A DNA stretch of 63,240 nucleotides, the filler included, from Octopus bimaculoides (Eukaryota), in assembly GCF_001194135.2 (NCBI RefSeq). It is 4 parts of 4 records of this genome, joined end to end, with 100 filler letters (N's around TTAATTAATTAA, not from the genome) between each part and the next. Parts side by side here need not be neighbours in the genome. Positions count along the whole stretch, not along the records: positions 1 to 27,283 come from NC_068994.1; positions 27,384 to 44,616 come from NC_068984.1; 2 more parts are not named here. One strand, given 5' to 3'. Position 1 is the stretch's first letter. Each line of letters starts with the position of its first letter. Of the stretch, positions 24,256 to 37,080 are shown in pieces. Position numbers and translations under genes: made by a program. The notes below the pieces were generated by a model. That model saw nothing but the letters and a program-made list of their open reading frames with translations. It ran no database searches and was not told the origin of the DNA.

Positions 24256-24454
24256 GTAAGTAAACATATTCATATGAGAATTTGCACTAAATTGAATTAA
24301 ATAGAGCCTCTAGAGTCTAAAATTAGTGTGAAATCATTGTATTGATAATGTGGTTTATTCCTTATGGCTTTGTACCAAGTGACAAATGAATTTTACCTCA
24401 AGATAGTCTTGTATAAGTGAATTTCGTATAAGAGAAATATTGGTCTATTTTTAG

Positions 24455-24595
24455 ACGAACAAATCGACCCCAGAACTTATTCTTTGTAAGCCTAGTACTT
24501 ATTCTATCGGTCTCTTTTGCCAAACTGCTAATTATGGGGATGTAAACACACCAGCATTGGTTGTCAAGCAATGGTAGGGGTGGGGACAAGCACAT

Positions 24596-24678
<83 letters not shown>

Positions 24679-24835
24679 ACGGGCTTCTTTCAGTTTCCGT
24701 CTACCAAATCCACTCACAAGGCTTTGGTCGGCCCAAGGCTATAGTAAAAGACACTTGCCCAAGGTGCCACGCAGTAGGACTGAACCTGGAACCATGTGGT
24801 TGGTAAGCAAGCTACTCACCACACAGCCACTTTTG
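24455..24835 (-). mobile_element. tRNA-derived SINE family A, full length with internal (CA)n(TA)n
   Basis: Head ggcgcaaaagtggctgtgtggtgagtagcttgc..ggttcagtcc on the minus strand, plus the family body. Confidence 0.9.
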
Positions 24836-25717
24836 CGCCTACTTATGTATGAGTTTTATATATACATGTTTAGTTGGACCAGTATCTACATGCAGAAACC
24901 ATTATATATATATAACTATGTATGACAAAAAACAATTTTTTTTTGAGTAAGCATCTCCATCTACATATAATGCCAATAATTTTAATTTTTGCAATCTCCA
25001 TAGCAGTCATAAACTAGGTCATTTTTCCCCCCTTATTTCTTACTTCCCCTACACTCGTCAATATTCGACAATATTTACTTTCTCTTAAATTATTCTCAAA
25101 TCTTTTCAATATATTAATTTTTCAATATACCATTTCATAGATGATTTATAGTTCTAGCAGCAGACATTGTAAGTAAAATATCTCCTTGTCTTCATATTTT
25201 ATTTATTATTCTTATAAGTTTTATACTTTCTTTATATCGTTTTATTAACCACCTTTTAGTACCTATTAAGTTATTGCTTTAGTTACTTCCTGTACTATCT
25301 ACTTATCTCCTCCAATAACTCTGACATATTATTTGCATAAAACATTCTATTATAAAGTTTATATAGCACCAACCATTTATGATTGATTTTAAACGTAATG
25401 ATTATTAACGGTTAAGTATAAATTTCAGTCTCCAGTATTTAAAATTCTGTACTTCCTTGTTTGGATATTCTTTTTTCAACGCCACTTGCTTCTTTCTTCT
25501 TATATGGGTTTTTTAAATTAGCTCTTTTATACTAATCTGTAGAGAGAAAGTTACCTATATTTCTATATTATATATATATCATCATCTAACTGTTACCCAA
25601 GTCATGTTTTAAATAGATATGACTCCAAGAACAATTACACATTACAAAAATTAGTAAGAAATGTAAGTCTAAACTCTCCCTTTTTTACTTTATTTAGTCT
25701 TTATTATTTTTTTCTTG

Positions 25718-25799
25718 TTGTGCTACTGATGAGTACTCTTTGACAACTCAGATTCTTAAACTGAATTTGTCTTTCTGTACAAAATGATCATATAACGAA
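25718..25799 (+). ncRNA. Decayed hammerhead ribozyme remnant
   Basis: CTGATGA-gtac...gtac-AAAA-TGATCA-TA, interpretable as GAAA-CGATCG-TA with three CpG transitions. Confidence 0.5.
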
Positions 25800-26169
25800 A
25801 TGAATAAAAAATATTTTATGCCATATCAACATCTACTCTCCTCCATTTACAAAAAATATGATTGAATTTGCCGAACTTTGTCCTATAACTTAAATCATAT
25901 ACTTAATATACTTATATAACCTTTCATAGCTATGCCAATTTACATCAGTAAATTCAAAGTAAAGTATGAAGAATCAACATTAAAAATCATTCGGAAACTA
26001 CTCCAATTAAAGGACAAATCCACATTCAACCCTTTAAAGAAAAATATACATATATATATATATATATGTNNNNNNNNNNNNNNNNNNNNNNNNNNNNNNN
26101 NNNNNNNNNNNNNNNNNNNNNNNNNNNNNNNNNNNNNNNNNNNNNNNNNNNNNNNNNNNNNNNNNNNNN

Positions 26170-27101
26170 TTGAACACAGTCAATGAGGGGTCTTATTTTA
26201 AATAAGGGATCAAAGTCTGATTCTCCACATACTGGTGTACTGCTTGTGTCTCTTACATGTAGATATTGGGTTAATTTCAAAAATCATGTCCTCGTCATTA
26301 TACTTGAGACATATCCGTCTCCAAAGGGTTCATCACTACTCCAGTTATTTGTTATTCTGGGTAACTTTCTAATGCCCATAATAATATTTATGGCAAAATA
26401 TGCCTTAATTTCATTCAAGTTTGTGGGGAAACCACAAACTATCCTTTTTTACGCTTTGCTTACATTCAGCGTAACGGTTTGTTTCCGCCGTAATCATTTC
26501 AAATAGGTACATCGGAAAAAGCAAAAAGAAATAGTTCAAAGCTTTGCTCTCCTGGGTAAAAACTGTGCCTTGGTTCAGTTTCTTCAGAAAAATCACTGAA
26601 AGAAACAGTTTTAAAATTTTCACTACATTCAGGTACCAATTCATTCTCTTTATCACTGTCATCGGAGCTCTCGGATTCACTGCTTTCACTTTCGGAAAAT
26701 GAAACACCAGATTCATTATCAAATACCACATGCTTTTTTTTTCCCGGTTACAGAGTTAGATTTATCAAGGTCTTCAATGGAAAATCCTTCGAATCCTGAC
26801 TCGCTGCTTGACAGAATAAAATTCGTATCCATTTTTTGTCAGAATTACAAATTTTAAAAACACAACAGGAAGAAATTTGGAAAAAAATCTCACAAAATTC
26901 ATAAAATTAAAATAACAAGTTGATCGTTGTACAAAACTATAGCTGAACTGTTTACACAGTATAATCACGTGTTTTCACGAATGTACTAACGAGATTTGCT
27001 TGGATATTCTCATTTAAATATGAATATGTGATTACGGGCGGTTTTGTCACATGAACCAAAATTTTTTTCGGGTGGCTTTGGGTGGTTTGGTAACGAAAGG
27101 G
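26170..27101 (-). mobile_element. piggyBac transposon 5' part, related to 15732-16776
   Basis: Terminus GTAACGAAAGGG|TTAA at 27090-27105. Minus-strand acidic N-terminus, ..MITAETNRYAE.., LTQYLHVRD..FDPLFKIRPLID. Cut by a gap. Confidence 0.9.
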
Positions 27102-27327
27102 TTAAATAATTTTGATTAAATAATTTTTTTTCTGAAAATAAAGAAAAAATAAAAATTACCCAGTAATGTTTTTATAATTTTTGGTTTAATGAAATATAGT
27201 AAATTTTTAAAACGCTATTCTTGGCTGCAATATTTTACGTACAGTAGAATTTTAATTTTAAGTGCTTTATTGTTTCCTTTAGANNNNNNNNNNNNNNNNN
27301 NNNNNNNNNNNNNNNNNNNNNNNNNNN

Positions 27328-27339
27328 TTAATTAATTAA
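27328..27339. other. Artificial assembly linker TTAATTAATTAA (six-frame stop) in a 100-bp spacer
   Basis: Exactly 44 N + TTAATTAATTAA + 44 N. The same construct occurs at 44661 and 60297. Confidence 0.95.
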
Positions 27340-27383
27340 NNNNNNNNNNNNNNNNNNNNNNNNNNNNNNNNNNNNNNNNNNNN

Positions 27384-27790
27384 CTTACTTATTTTTCTTT
27401 TGGATCTACCATTATACACAAGGAGTGCGTCATCCCTATATATTCCTCCTTTCAAGGATGGGAAGTAGTGTTTAGTTTCATTTAGTAAATATAATCCCAC
27501 TAAATCTGTTATTTGTGCCGAATCTGACGATCCCATTGTGATATCAAATAAGTTAAATAGACTATTATTACCTGATCTACACCATAATTTATCATTGAAT
27601 TTGATCAGTGTTTTTCTGGCTAATTGAATAATGTCAATTTCAAGTGGTGTAATGTCAGTAAGATTTTTAGCTAAAATTATTGCTTTATTTAATATAATAG
27701 GTAATATGGATACATAATAATTGTTAATATCAAATTGTATAAATGATAAGCTAGTCTTTAATATTTTTAATTTTTTAATATTTTTAATAT
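27384..27790 (-). mobile_element. Penelope-like element reverse-transcriptase core fragment
   Basis: FIQFDINNYYVSI (motif A), DITMGSSDSAQITDLVGLYLL (motif B), GGIYRDDALLV (motif C). Confidence 0.9.
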
Positions 27791-27825
27791 TTTTTAAAAT
27801 TAATATTACATATACCATTAGTTCT

Positions 27826-27924
27826 TAATTCATCTCCGAAGAGCGGAATTACTGATAGTATGCTGATCTTTTGATCACATTGTGATTACATTAATATCCG
27901 CGAAACGATTGTCAGATGTTTAAT
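27826..27924 (+). ncRNA. Minimal type-I hammerhead ribozyme with variant core CCGAAGA
   Basis: catct (27831-35)-CCGAAGA-gcgga...tccgc-GAAA (27902-05)-C-GATT-GTC-agatg (27914-18). Stems I and II each have a perfect 5-bp closing helix. Confidence 0.78.
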
Positions 27925-28477
27925 TTTTTTAATTTTAGGTTTTTTAAATTTTAGACTTTATAATATTCATGCTTAATTACGCATAAATTTTTATATGCAT
28001 TTATATTCACATGTATCTTTATCTACATTCATATATTTATATTTCGTATATTTTAAATTTATTACCATGTCATATTGGATATATATCTTTCGAAATATTA
28101 ANNNNNNNNNNNNNNNNNNNNNNNNNNNNNNNNNNNNNNNNNNNNNNNNNNNNNNNNNNNNNNNNNNNNNNNNNNNNNNNNNNNNNNNNNNNNNNNNNNN
28201 NNNNNNNNNNNNNNNNNNNNNNNNNNNNNNNNNNNNNNNNNNNNNNNNNNNNNNNNNNNNNNNNNNNNNNNNNNNNNNNNNNNNNNNNNNNNNNNNNNNN
28301 NNNNNNNNNNNNNNNNNNNNNNNNNNNNNNNNNNNNNNNNNNNNNNNNNNNNNNNNNNNNNNNNNNNNNNNNNNNNNNNNNNNNNNNNNNNNNNNNNNNN
28401 NNNNNNNNNNNNNNNNNNNNNNNNNNNNNNNNNNNNNNNNNNNNNNNNNNNNNNNNNNNNNNNNNNNNNNNNNNNNN

Positions 28478-29656
28478 ATAAGGTATTTGAGGACATACCT
28501 TTTTGGGGGTCATTGCTGCATTTTTTGCTCACTCTGTATAATCTTTGTTTCAGAAAATAATAATGGCAGACCCTCAGCTTACTCAAGAAATGAAGGGGCA
28601 TGCTGTTATTGTGGTTATAAAGACTGAGCATCTCAATTTTTAAAAGTTGCCAGATCTTTCGTCAACAAAGTTTGTAAGGAGCTAGAGACTGAAGATGGAA
28701 ATGTATCACCAGTATCAATGTATAAAAAGCATTCTAAACGCTCTGAAATCATCAGAACACCTGAATTCATCCAACAAAGTTCAACAGACCATTGATAACA
28801 ATCCCAGAAAGTCCATGAGATCAATTGCAAAAGATCTCCATGTGTCAGAAAGAACAATCAGAAATGTTGTCCACTAAGACATCAGTCTTATATGACGAGG
28901 AAAAGTCAATTTGTCAGAAAAAGCAAAAGAAAATCACTACATCGGATCTAAAAAGGCTATTAAACAAACTGAAAAATCCAGCAGAAGATTTGATTTTCTG
29001 AAATGAGAAAAACTTCAACCAAGATCAAAAAGTTAACAGAAGAAATGGCAGATGGTTATGTGCTGACCCTTCTGAAGTTCCAAGTGTTATGCATACAAAA
29101 TTTCCTCTAACTGTCATGGTTTTAGGAGTTATCAGCAATGAAGGACATGTTATGCCTCCTTACTTCTTTCCACAAGGCCTCAGAGTTAACTCCGCTGCCT
29201 ACATTGAGGTCCTGGAAATAATTGTTAAGCCATGGATAGACAGTGTATGCATTGGAAGGCCATATGTGTTTCAGTAAGACTCTGCACTATCACACATGGC
29301 TCTAGTAACACAAGAATGGATGGCTGAAAATTTTCATGATCACATAACCCTAAACATTTGGCCTCCTAATTCCCTAGATCTCAATCCATTGGACTATTAT
29401 AAGTGGAGTGAGGTCAACGAACATGCCCATAGTACTAAAGATTCTTTGAAAACTGCCACAGTCAGAGTAATGTCCAAAATGAACAAGGACCACTTGATTC
29501 AAGCATGTAGATGATTCAGATCTCATATAGAATCTTTAGTTATTGAAGCTGAAGATGGCATTATTGAATAACATTATAAAAAAGGTTTATTTTTATCCTC
29601 ATAGCATTTTTTGATAAATAAACATAAATATGTCCTCAAATATCTTATGCACCCTG
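28478..29656 (+). mobile_element. maT-type (DD37D) Tc1/mariner transposon, degenerate
   Basis: TIR ataaggtatttgaggac / gtcctcaaatatcttatgcaccctg|TA. VMVLGVISNEG..FQ*D-SA..WPPNSLDLNPL-DY, with 37 residues between the last two Asp. Confidence 0.88.
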
Positions 29657-29662
29657 TATATG

Positions 29663-29709
<47 letters not shown>

Positions 29710-29724
29710 CAATTTATCAATACA

Positions 29725-29758
<34 letters not shown>

Positions 29759-29789
29759 AACACCAAAAATGTGCAGAAAATAGACTCCA

Positions 29790-32220
29790 TCAAATGCCAG
29801 TGGAGAAAACTAGAAGTAGTTGATAGCTTCTGTTACGTAGGTAACTGAGTCAGTAGCGGAGTTGGATGTTCCTAGAGCGTAGCTGTGAGAATAAGAATAG
29901 GCTTGGCAAAGTTCTGAGACCTGCTACCTCTGTTGGCAACAAAGGACCTCTCCCTCAGAGTGAAAGGCAGATTGCACAATGCCTTTGTGCGAACAGCCAT
30001 CCTACACGGCAGTGAAATATGGGCTGTGACTGCCAAGGACATGTGAAGGTTTGAAAGAAATAAAGCTAGTATACTTCACTGGATGTGCTATGTCAGTGTA
30101 CATGCATGACAGAGTGTAAACATCTTGAGAGAAAAGTTGGGCATACAGGCATCAGATGTGGTGTGCAAAAGAGACCACTGCACTGGTATGGTCATGTGAT
30201 GTGTATGGACAAGGAAAGCTGTGTGAAGAAGTGTTGATTTCTAACAGTGGAGGGAACCTGTGGAAGAGGTAGACCCAGGAAGCCATAGGACAAGATGGTG
30301 AAGCATTATCTTTGAACATTCAACCTCACAGAGGCAATGACAAGTGATCGAGACCGTTTGAACTTTGGGCCTCATGGAGGCAGTGACAAGTGACCGAGAC
30401 CTTTGTCAATATCCACTGCATCCCACATTATTAGGCAAATCAACCTTCTCTCAATAAATAAATGTGTATTCATTCAAAACCTGTTGTTTTCCCACTGACT
30501 GTTGGCAACACCTATCTGCGCACATTCTGTTAAAATAAATCAGATCTGTGCAGATGAAAACAAACAGTGGCCATTATTGCATAGCAGCAACATTTCTGCT
30601 GTCCCAAATTATTATTATTTAGGTGTCATGGGTCAGAAATGTGATCTTACTTCGAATGAGAAGTCTACCATCATGTCAGATCTTGGAAAAGTAAGAACAA
30701 CCATAGAAATATCGAAAATACTGGGAAGGGATCACCAAACAGTGAAGAAATTTGTGCAGCCTCCTATTTCTGTCTGGTCTAGGCGAGACAAGGGTGAATC
30801 GAGAGTTGCTTTGAATCATATTAAGTCACGTATGAAAAGGGAGGTTGAGCGGAACCCATGTCTGACAACTAGAGAAGTTTTAAAACGTTGTGGCAAGGAA
30901 GATGTATTGAAAACTACCAGGTGTCGCCTCTTGAAGTAGGTAGTCAGGAATGTCAAACCTGTAACAAGGTCCCATCTGAAGGCTGTTCATAAACAGAAGA
31001 GACTGAAATGGGCAGAAGAAGACATGAAGAAAGATTTTTCAACAGCTTGTTCACTGATGAATGCGGTGCTACCCTTGATGGACCAAATGGCTGGAGTAAA
31101 GGTTGGGTATCAATCAGCAGGAACTATCCTCATCATCTGAGACACGGACAGTGAGGAGGTGGAGGGTCATGTTTTGGTAAGGCATCATTCATGGTATGAT
31201 GGTTGAGTCATGGAAGATGACATCAAACTCATGTTACCTTTTTAAAGGACAATTACCAACCATGGTTCAAAAAGCAGAAACTTTCATTTTAAGAGAAAGC
31301 TGGTCTTCGTGCAAGATAATGCCCTGTCTCATGCAGCAAAGAATTCTAAGGAATACCTGCAGCAAATAGGCTTCTCTGTAGGTCATTTGATGGAGTGGCC
31401 ATCTTGTTCCCTTGACTTAAATCCGATCAAAAACCAGTGGAGTGTCTTGAAGAGGTGCATTTACCAAGATGGATGGCAGTTTTCAAGTAAAGTTACCCTC
31501 TGGGATGTTATTGTAGATGCTGCTCAAAGCATGACACAAGAGGATATCATCACCTTGACAAATTCAATGAATCAGAGCATAAGAAAGGTTATTTGCATGT
31601 GGAGGACAATGCATCAAACATTAGGAGCTATATGACATCATAATCCCATGATTATTTCATTCGAATGTATTAGTATGTTTACCATTAAGTCCTTTATGAA
31701 TAATTCCTTTGTTAAACCTTTACTGTGGAATTAAATAAATGTTTATTCTGACACGATAATCATTTTTATTATACTTGCCTAATAATTTGTGACGGTGAAA
31801 ATGTTGCCCAATCACAAAAATGGCCAACATTTGTTGGTGTCTGTGCAGATCCGATTTATTTTAACAATGTGCACAGATAGGTGCTGCCAACAATCAGTGG
31901 GAAAACAACTGGTTTTGAATGAATGTACATTTATTGCGAGAAGTTTGATTTCCTAATAATGTGGGACACAGTGTACAATGCTTGAGAAGACCTGTCAAGC
32001 CAAATGAGATTGCAGTCGTGGCCAATGCTGGTGTTTCATAACTGGCACCCATGCTGGTGGCATGTAAAAAGCACCTTCTACATTCTTGATGATGTTAGGG
32101 TTGGCATCCAGCAGTAGAAAGCATGCCAAAATCACACTCGAAACTGGTGCAGCTCCCCAGCTTACCGGTTTTGTCAAAACATCCCAGCATGAAAAATGGA
32201 CATTAAATGATGATGATGAC
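29790..32220 (+). mobile_element. RTE LINE 3' portion, interrupted by the Tc1-like element at 30414-31973
   Basis: EKLEVVDSFCYVG..LRVKGRL..LHGSEIW..WYGHVM..GRGRPRK on the left. The 3' UTR (gcttgagaagacc...) resumes after the transposon. Confidence 0.82.
30414..31973 (+). mobile_element. Tc1-like DD37E (TRT-type) transposon, ~1.56 kb, degenerate
   Basis: Long imperfect TIRs (cactgcatcccacattattagg.../...cctaataatgtgggacacagtg|TA). MGQKCDLTSNEKSTI..ILGRDHQTVKKF, LFTDECGATLDGPNGW, QD-N(37 aa)-K where AAA replaces the Glu codon. Confidence 0.88.
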
Positions 32221-32229
32221 ATATACAGT

Positions 32230-32915
32230 TGAGTGAACCAGTGGAAGAGGTAGGCCCAGGAAGACCTGGGATGAGGTGGTGCAGCATGATCTTCGAACAT
32301 TAGGCCTCACCGAGGCAATGACTAGTGACTGAGACCTTTGGAAATACGCTGTGCGTGAGAAGACTCGGCAAGCCAAGTGAGACCTAAACCGAAGGCCTAT
32401 GCCAGGTGTGTAGCCAGCCCACTTATGCGTACCTTCCTTCATTGGACACTAAACTCCGCTTGCGAAGACTTGTTGAGGCAAGTGAAATCGGAATCGAAAT
32501 TGAACTAAATTCGACGACTGGCACCCATGCCAACGTCGTCTCCTTCATTGGACACTAAACTCGGCTTGTGAAGACCTGTTGGGGGCAAGTGAAAGCGAAA
32601 TCATGATGGCACCTGTGCCCAGCGTCGCCTTCCTGGCATATGTAAAGACATTTGAGCGAGATCGTTGCCAGTGCCGCTCTACTGACTCCTGTGCAGGTGG
32701 CATGTAAAATACACCATTTTGAGCGTAACCATTGCCAGTACCGCCTGACTGGCCTTCGTGCCAGTGGCACGTAAAAGCACCCACTACACTCTCAGAGTGG
32801 CTGATGTTAGGAAGGGCATCCAGCTGTAGAAACTCTGCCAAACCAGATTGGAGCCTGGTGTAGCCATCTGGTTCACCAGTCCTCAGTCAAATCGTCAAAC
32901 CCATGCTAGCATGGA
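32230..32915 (+). mobile_element. RTE LINE 3' end and full 3' UTR
   Basis: GRGRPRKTWDEVVQHDLRTLGLTEAM followed by the repeat-containing UTR and ggaagggcatccagctgtagaaac tail. Confidence 0.85.
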
Positions 32916-33066
32916 AAGCTACTACAGTGAAACTATACTCTCACATACATACATGCATATATATATGCATATATATGCATATACATACATGCATATATAT
33001 ATATCTGCACAAATGTATCCATATACATGTATATATATACATGCATATATATACATGTATATATAG

Positions 33067-33097
<31 letters not shown>

Positions 33098-34097
33098 CAG
33101 ATGTATATGTATACATATAGATGTATATGTACACATATACGTATAGATTTAGATCTATATGCATACATGTATATGTATACATGTGTAGATGTATATATAT
33201 AGATGTACATGTAATATGTACACATATATACACATATATACATGTATACAGATATCTATACATATATACACACACACATACACATGCACACAAACACACA
33301 CATTAGTCATTTGTTTTTTATCCAAAACTACGTCAAAAGTACTAAATGGATCTTTATGAAATTTGGAAATTATATTCTATGCATAACGGTCATAAACCCC
33401 ANNNNNNNNNNNNNNNNNNNNNNNNNNNNNNNNNNNNNNNNNNNNNNNNNNNNNNNNNNNNNNNNNNNNNNNNNNNNNNNNNNNNNNNNNNNNNNNNNNN
33501 NNNNNNNNNNNNNNNNNNNNNNNNNNNNNNNNNNNNNNNNNNNNNNNNNNNNNNNNNNNNNNNNNNNNNNNNNNNNNNNNNNNNNNNNNNNNNNNNNNNN
33601 NNNNNNNNNNNNNNNNNNNNNNNNNNNNNNNNNNNNNNNNNNNNNNNNNNNNNNNNNNNNNNNNNNNNNNNNNNNNNNNNNNNNNNNNNNNNNNNNNNNN
33701 NNNNNNNNNNNNNNNNNNNNNNNNNNNNNNNNNNNNNNNNNNNNNNNNNNNNNNNNNNNNNNNNNNNNNNTATACTTACATTGTGATTTCTGCAATGTGG
33801 TGTATAAATTGTCAAGTAAATGAGATGCATCTTTGCTTCCACTGATTCACTTGCAAAGTGTTGAGTAAAATTATTTCGTTGCAAACCTCCTTTGAGTCTT
33901 TTTATTATCACTGGGACATACATAGTCCCCAGTTGGTAACATTGATTTCAAGGCCTTCCCAGATGAGTGACTGGTTGTTCTAAGATATTTATTGATTGTA
34001 AATTTTTTCTGCACAGTTACCTATCGGTATAGTGGTCTATAATCCTTTTTACAGGGTCCATAACACTGGAATTTTGGAATGTGCGCATAAATACCAG

Positions 34098-34734
34098 ATA
34101 TATAAAGATGAGAATGTGTGTCTGTGTGAATCCTAAAACTTGAGAACTACACAACCAATTTCATTCCAAGTTAACACATGCCTTACTTAGGGTCCATGTA
34201 GTGTCTTAGGCCAAAACAATTTTTAACTTCTTGCATAGTTCGAGCCCACAGCAATATCATATCTCCTCCACTATTTCAGTATTACGTGTCAAAAGTGAAA
34301 CTTTAATACTTTCAGTTTCATACTGAAACTATTAAAGTGAGACTATACTCTCACATATATACAGGCATACTATAAGACCCAAGTTAAAAACATTCCCAAC
34401 AATTCAACTTCTCTGGTTGACATTAACACACCCACCTCCAATAGGGGCCTTCATTCCCACATTTTAGAGCTCCATGAGCTCCATTTTTCAGGAGCAAAAT
34501 CCTTTTTACAGGTTCCAGAAGACTGAAATTTTGGAATATGCACATAAAGATCAATATTATGGGATACATGTCTCATGATTAGAATTTTTTTGGGGTGTGT
34601 AAAGAGGAAAAGAACACTCATGTACAATTTTGATGAAATTCGAATCATATATTCCAGTTCCTTACAGAAAATATTACAGAAAAGTCTCATTCTTCAATTG
34701 CATTAACACGGGCAATGCCGGGTATCTCTGCTAA
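34098..34734 (+). mobile_element. Non-autonomous Helitron
   Basis: 5' atatataaagatgagaatgtgtg. 3' hairpin cacgggcaatgccggg followed by tatctctgCTAA|t (CTAG variant). Confidence 0.7.
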
Positions 34735-34979
34735 TATTATATATATCATATATATATTATATATATAAAAATATGTATATATATGTAGTATACATATATG
34801 TGTGTGTGTGTGTATGTATGATATATATATATCTGTGTATATATATATGTGTGTGTGTGTGTATATATATGATATATATCTGTGTATGCATATAATGTAT
34901 GTATATGTGTGTATATATATATATATGCGTGTGTGTGTATATATATAATATACACGTAGTATGTATATATATATATGTA

Positions 34980-36727
34980 CTAGCAGTATAACGCAACCTT
35001 GTCCGGGTGTGACTTATTACGCCATCTACAATAAGTCTTGCTAGGTGAAAATCAACTAAAAAAAGAAAGCCTTACAATAAAAAAACCCTTATGATGTAAA
35101 TATGTTTATAATTCAAAAGATGATGAAATTAATAGGGAAATTCTGAAGGCTGTTTTGCGTAAAATTATTAAGTGTATGTAAATTTCATCCGTCTAATTGG
35201 CTATAGAAATGCTTGTGCAAAACAACTTTTTGCGCTGCCCTGATTATACATAGCAGGGTAATCCCTTTTCCCNNNNNNNNNNNNNNNNNNNNNNNNNNNN
35301 NNNNNNNNNNNNNNNNNNNNNNNNNNNNNNNNNNNNNNNNNNNNNNNNNNNNNNNNNNNNNNNNNNNNNNNNNNNNNNNNNNNNNNNNNNNNNNNNNNNN
35401 NNNNNNNNNNNNNNNNNNNNNNNNNNNNNNNNNNNNNNNNNNNNNNNNNNNNNNNNNNNNNNNNNNNNNNNNNNNNNNNNNNNNNNNNNNNNNNNNNNNG
35501 CAATTTCTGATGAAGCAATTGCTGGCGATCTGTTTCTACACAGTTTTGCCAGGATTCTATCAGATTGGGCAGAAGGTGTTGATGCACCATTTTGCATTAT
35601 GTTCAAAGTAGCTTCTGGAATGTGGTGAATTGCTGCAGTCTGTTGCTGTCATTTTAAACCAGTTGCTGTCTTTCCCCAGCAAACTCTCTTCTTTGGAGGC
35701 ATAATCTATGTATATATTAAACAGAACAACAAAAGTTATAACAGATGGCAAGGTCGGTACTTTTCACATATCTGTAATTTTTCAGATTAACACCCGCACG
35801 ATTACCCAACCCTAATCCTAATCCTAACATTAACCCTAACACTAACCCTAAAACCCTAACCCTGACCCTAAAACCGTAACCATAACACTAATCATAACCC
35901 TAACTGTAACCGTAACCCTAAAACCCTAACCCTAACACCCTAGTGAAAATCGTGGTATATTTACAAAACATTGACGAACATGAATTATATTTTACTGAAT
36001 GACTGTGTACTTGCATGTGTATGCGTTTGAGAGAGCAAGAGAGGAAGAGATAGAGAAGGGGAGAAAGGAATAGAGGTAGTTAAAAGTTTTCTTATGACGG
36101 CTTCTCTTTACTGCCTATTACTTCATTAGAAATCTAAGGATGCACATACGCACATAATAGAGAAAAATGAAACAAATATGGACGACTTGCTCCGAAACAC
36201 CACCGAGTGGGGAACACTTCTCAAAAATAACCTGCAGTTGCTTCCTGCAAAATTCCTACATGCTTGAAATGTACATACATCAAGGTATATTTGTAGAAAA
36301 TTTTACGAAAATATATTCATTTTCCTGGAAGTTAAGAGGAATTTAAGTGGAATTTCCTAAAATTTCTCTCACCCACCTCCCAAAAGACTTTCACCGATAA
36401 TAAATAATATATGCATAGAAAATTTCATTAAAAAATATTCATTTTTCTGAATGTTATGACCTTCCAAAGTCGGCTGGTACAACTCTGTGGTTATGCCACA
36501 TTGACGAATATGAGTTATATTTTTGTGAATGATTGTTTACTTGCACGTGTATGCGTTTGAGAGTGAGAGAAGAAGAGGGGGAGAAATGAATAGAAAACGA
36601 GAGCAATGTGTATGTTGTTGTCACAGATCACGTATGTGTGGTCGTGCGTGTTTTTACATAACAATGTTATGAAAAATAGGTAAAGAATACTGAGAGGAAA
36701 GTTTAATCTATGACTTTGTATGTATCA

Positions 36728-36782
<55 letters not shown>

Positions 36783-37049
36783 NNNNNNNNNNNNNNNNNN
36801 NNNNNNNNNNNNNNNNNNNNNNNNNNNNNNNNNNNNNNNNNNNNNNNNNNGCTAGAAACAACAGCCAAATCTCCTTTAAATAACACAAAGTAAACGGAAT
36901 TTAAAAAATCTAATTACTGCACTGGAAAGTTCACATCGAGAAACTTCCATTGATGGAAAAATTTTTACAAAAAAGTGGAAAATGTGGATTTCTATACACT
37001 TTTAAAAAGGCTTCATACAGACACACAACTTCAGCTTTATATATTAAGA
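34980..37049 (-). mobile_element. Helitron-like element (possibly composite), with a telomere-like tract and an internal duplication
   Basis: CTAG 3' end at 34980-83 with a degenerate hairpin. Candidate 5' TCTTAATATATAAAG at 37049. 35960-36060 is duplicated at ~36500-36600. Spans gaps, so a single element is not proven. Confidence 0.55.
35805..35945. repeat. Degenerate telomere-like (CCCTAA)n tract
   Basis: aaccct/aatcct/aaccgt array ending ccctagtgaaaatcgt, the same junction as at 10133-10148. Confidence 0.85.

Positions 37050-37077
<28 letters not shown>

Positions 37078-37080
<3 letters not shown>

Noticed and set aside
32848-33306. Many ORFs rich in Y/I/C/V/H/T (also 24.4-24.8, 29.6, 34.7, 38.5-38.9, 44.7-45.2, 47.0, 59.7-60.3 and 61.7 kb)
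   Set aside because: Translations of (TA)n, (CA)n and (TG)n microsatellites.
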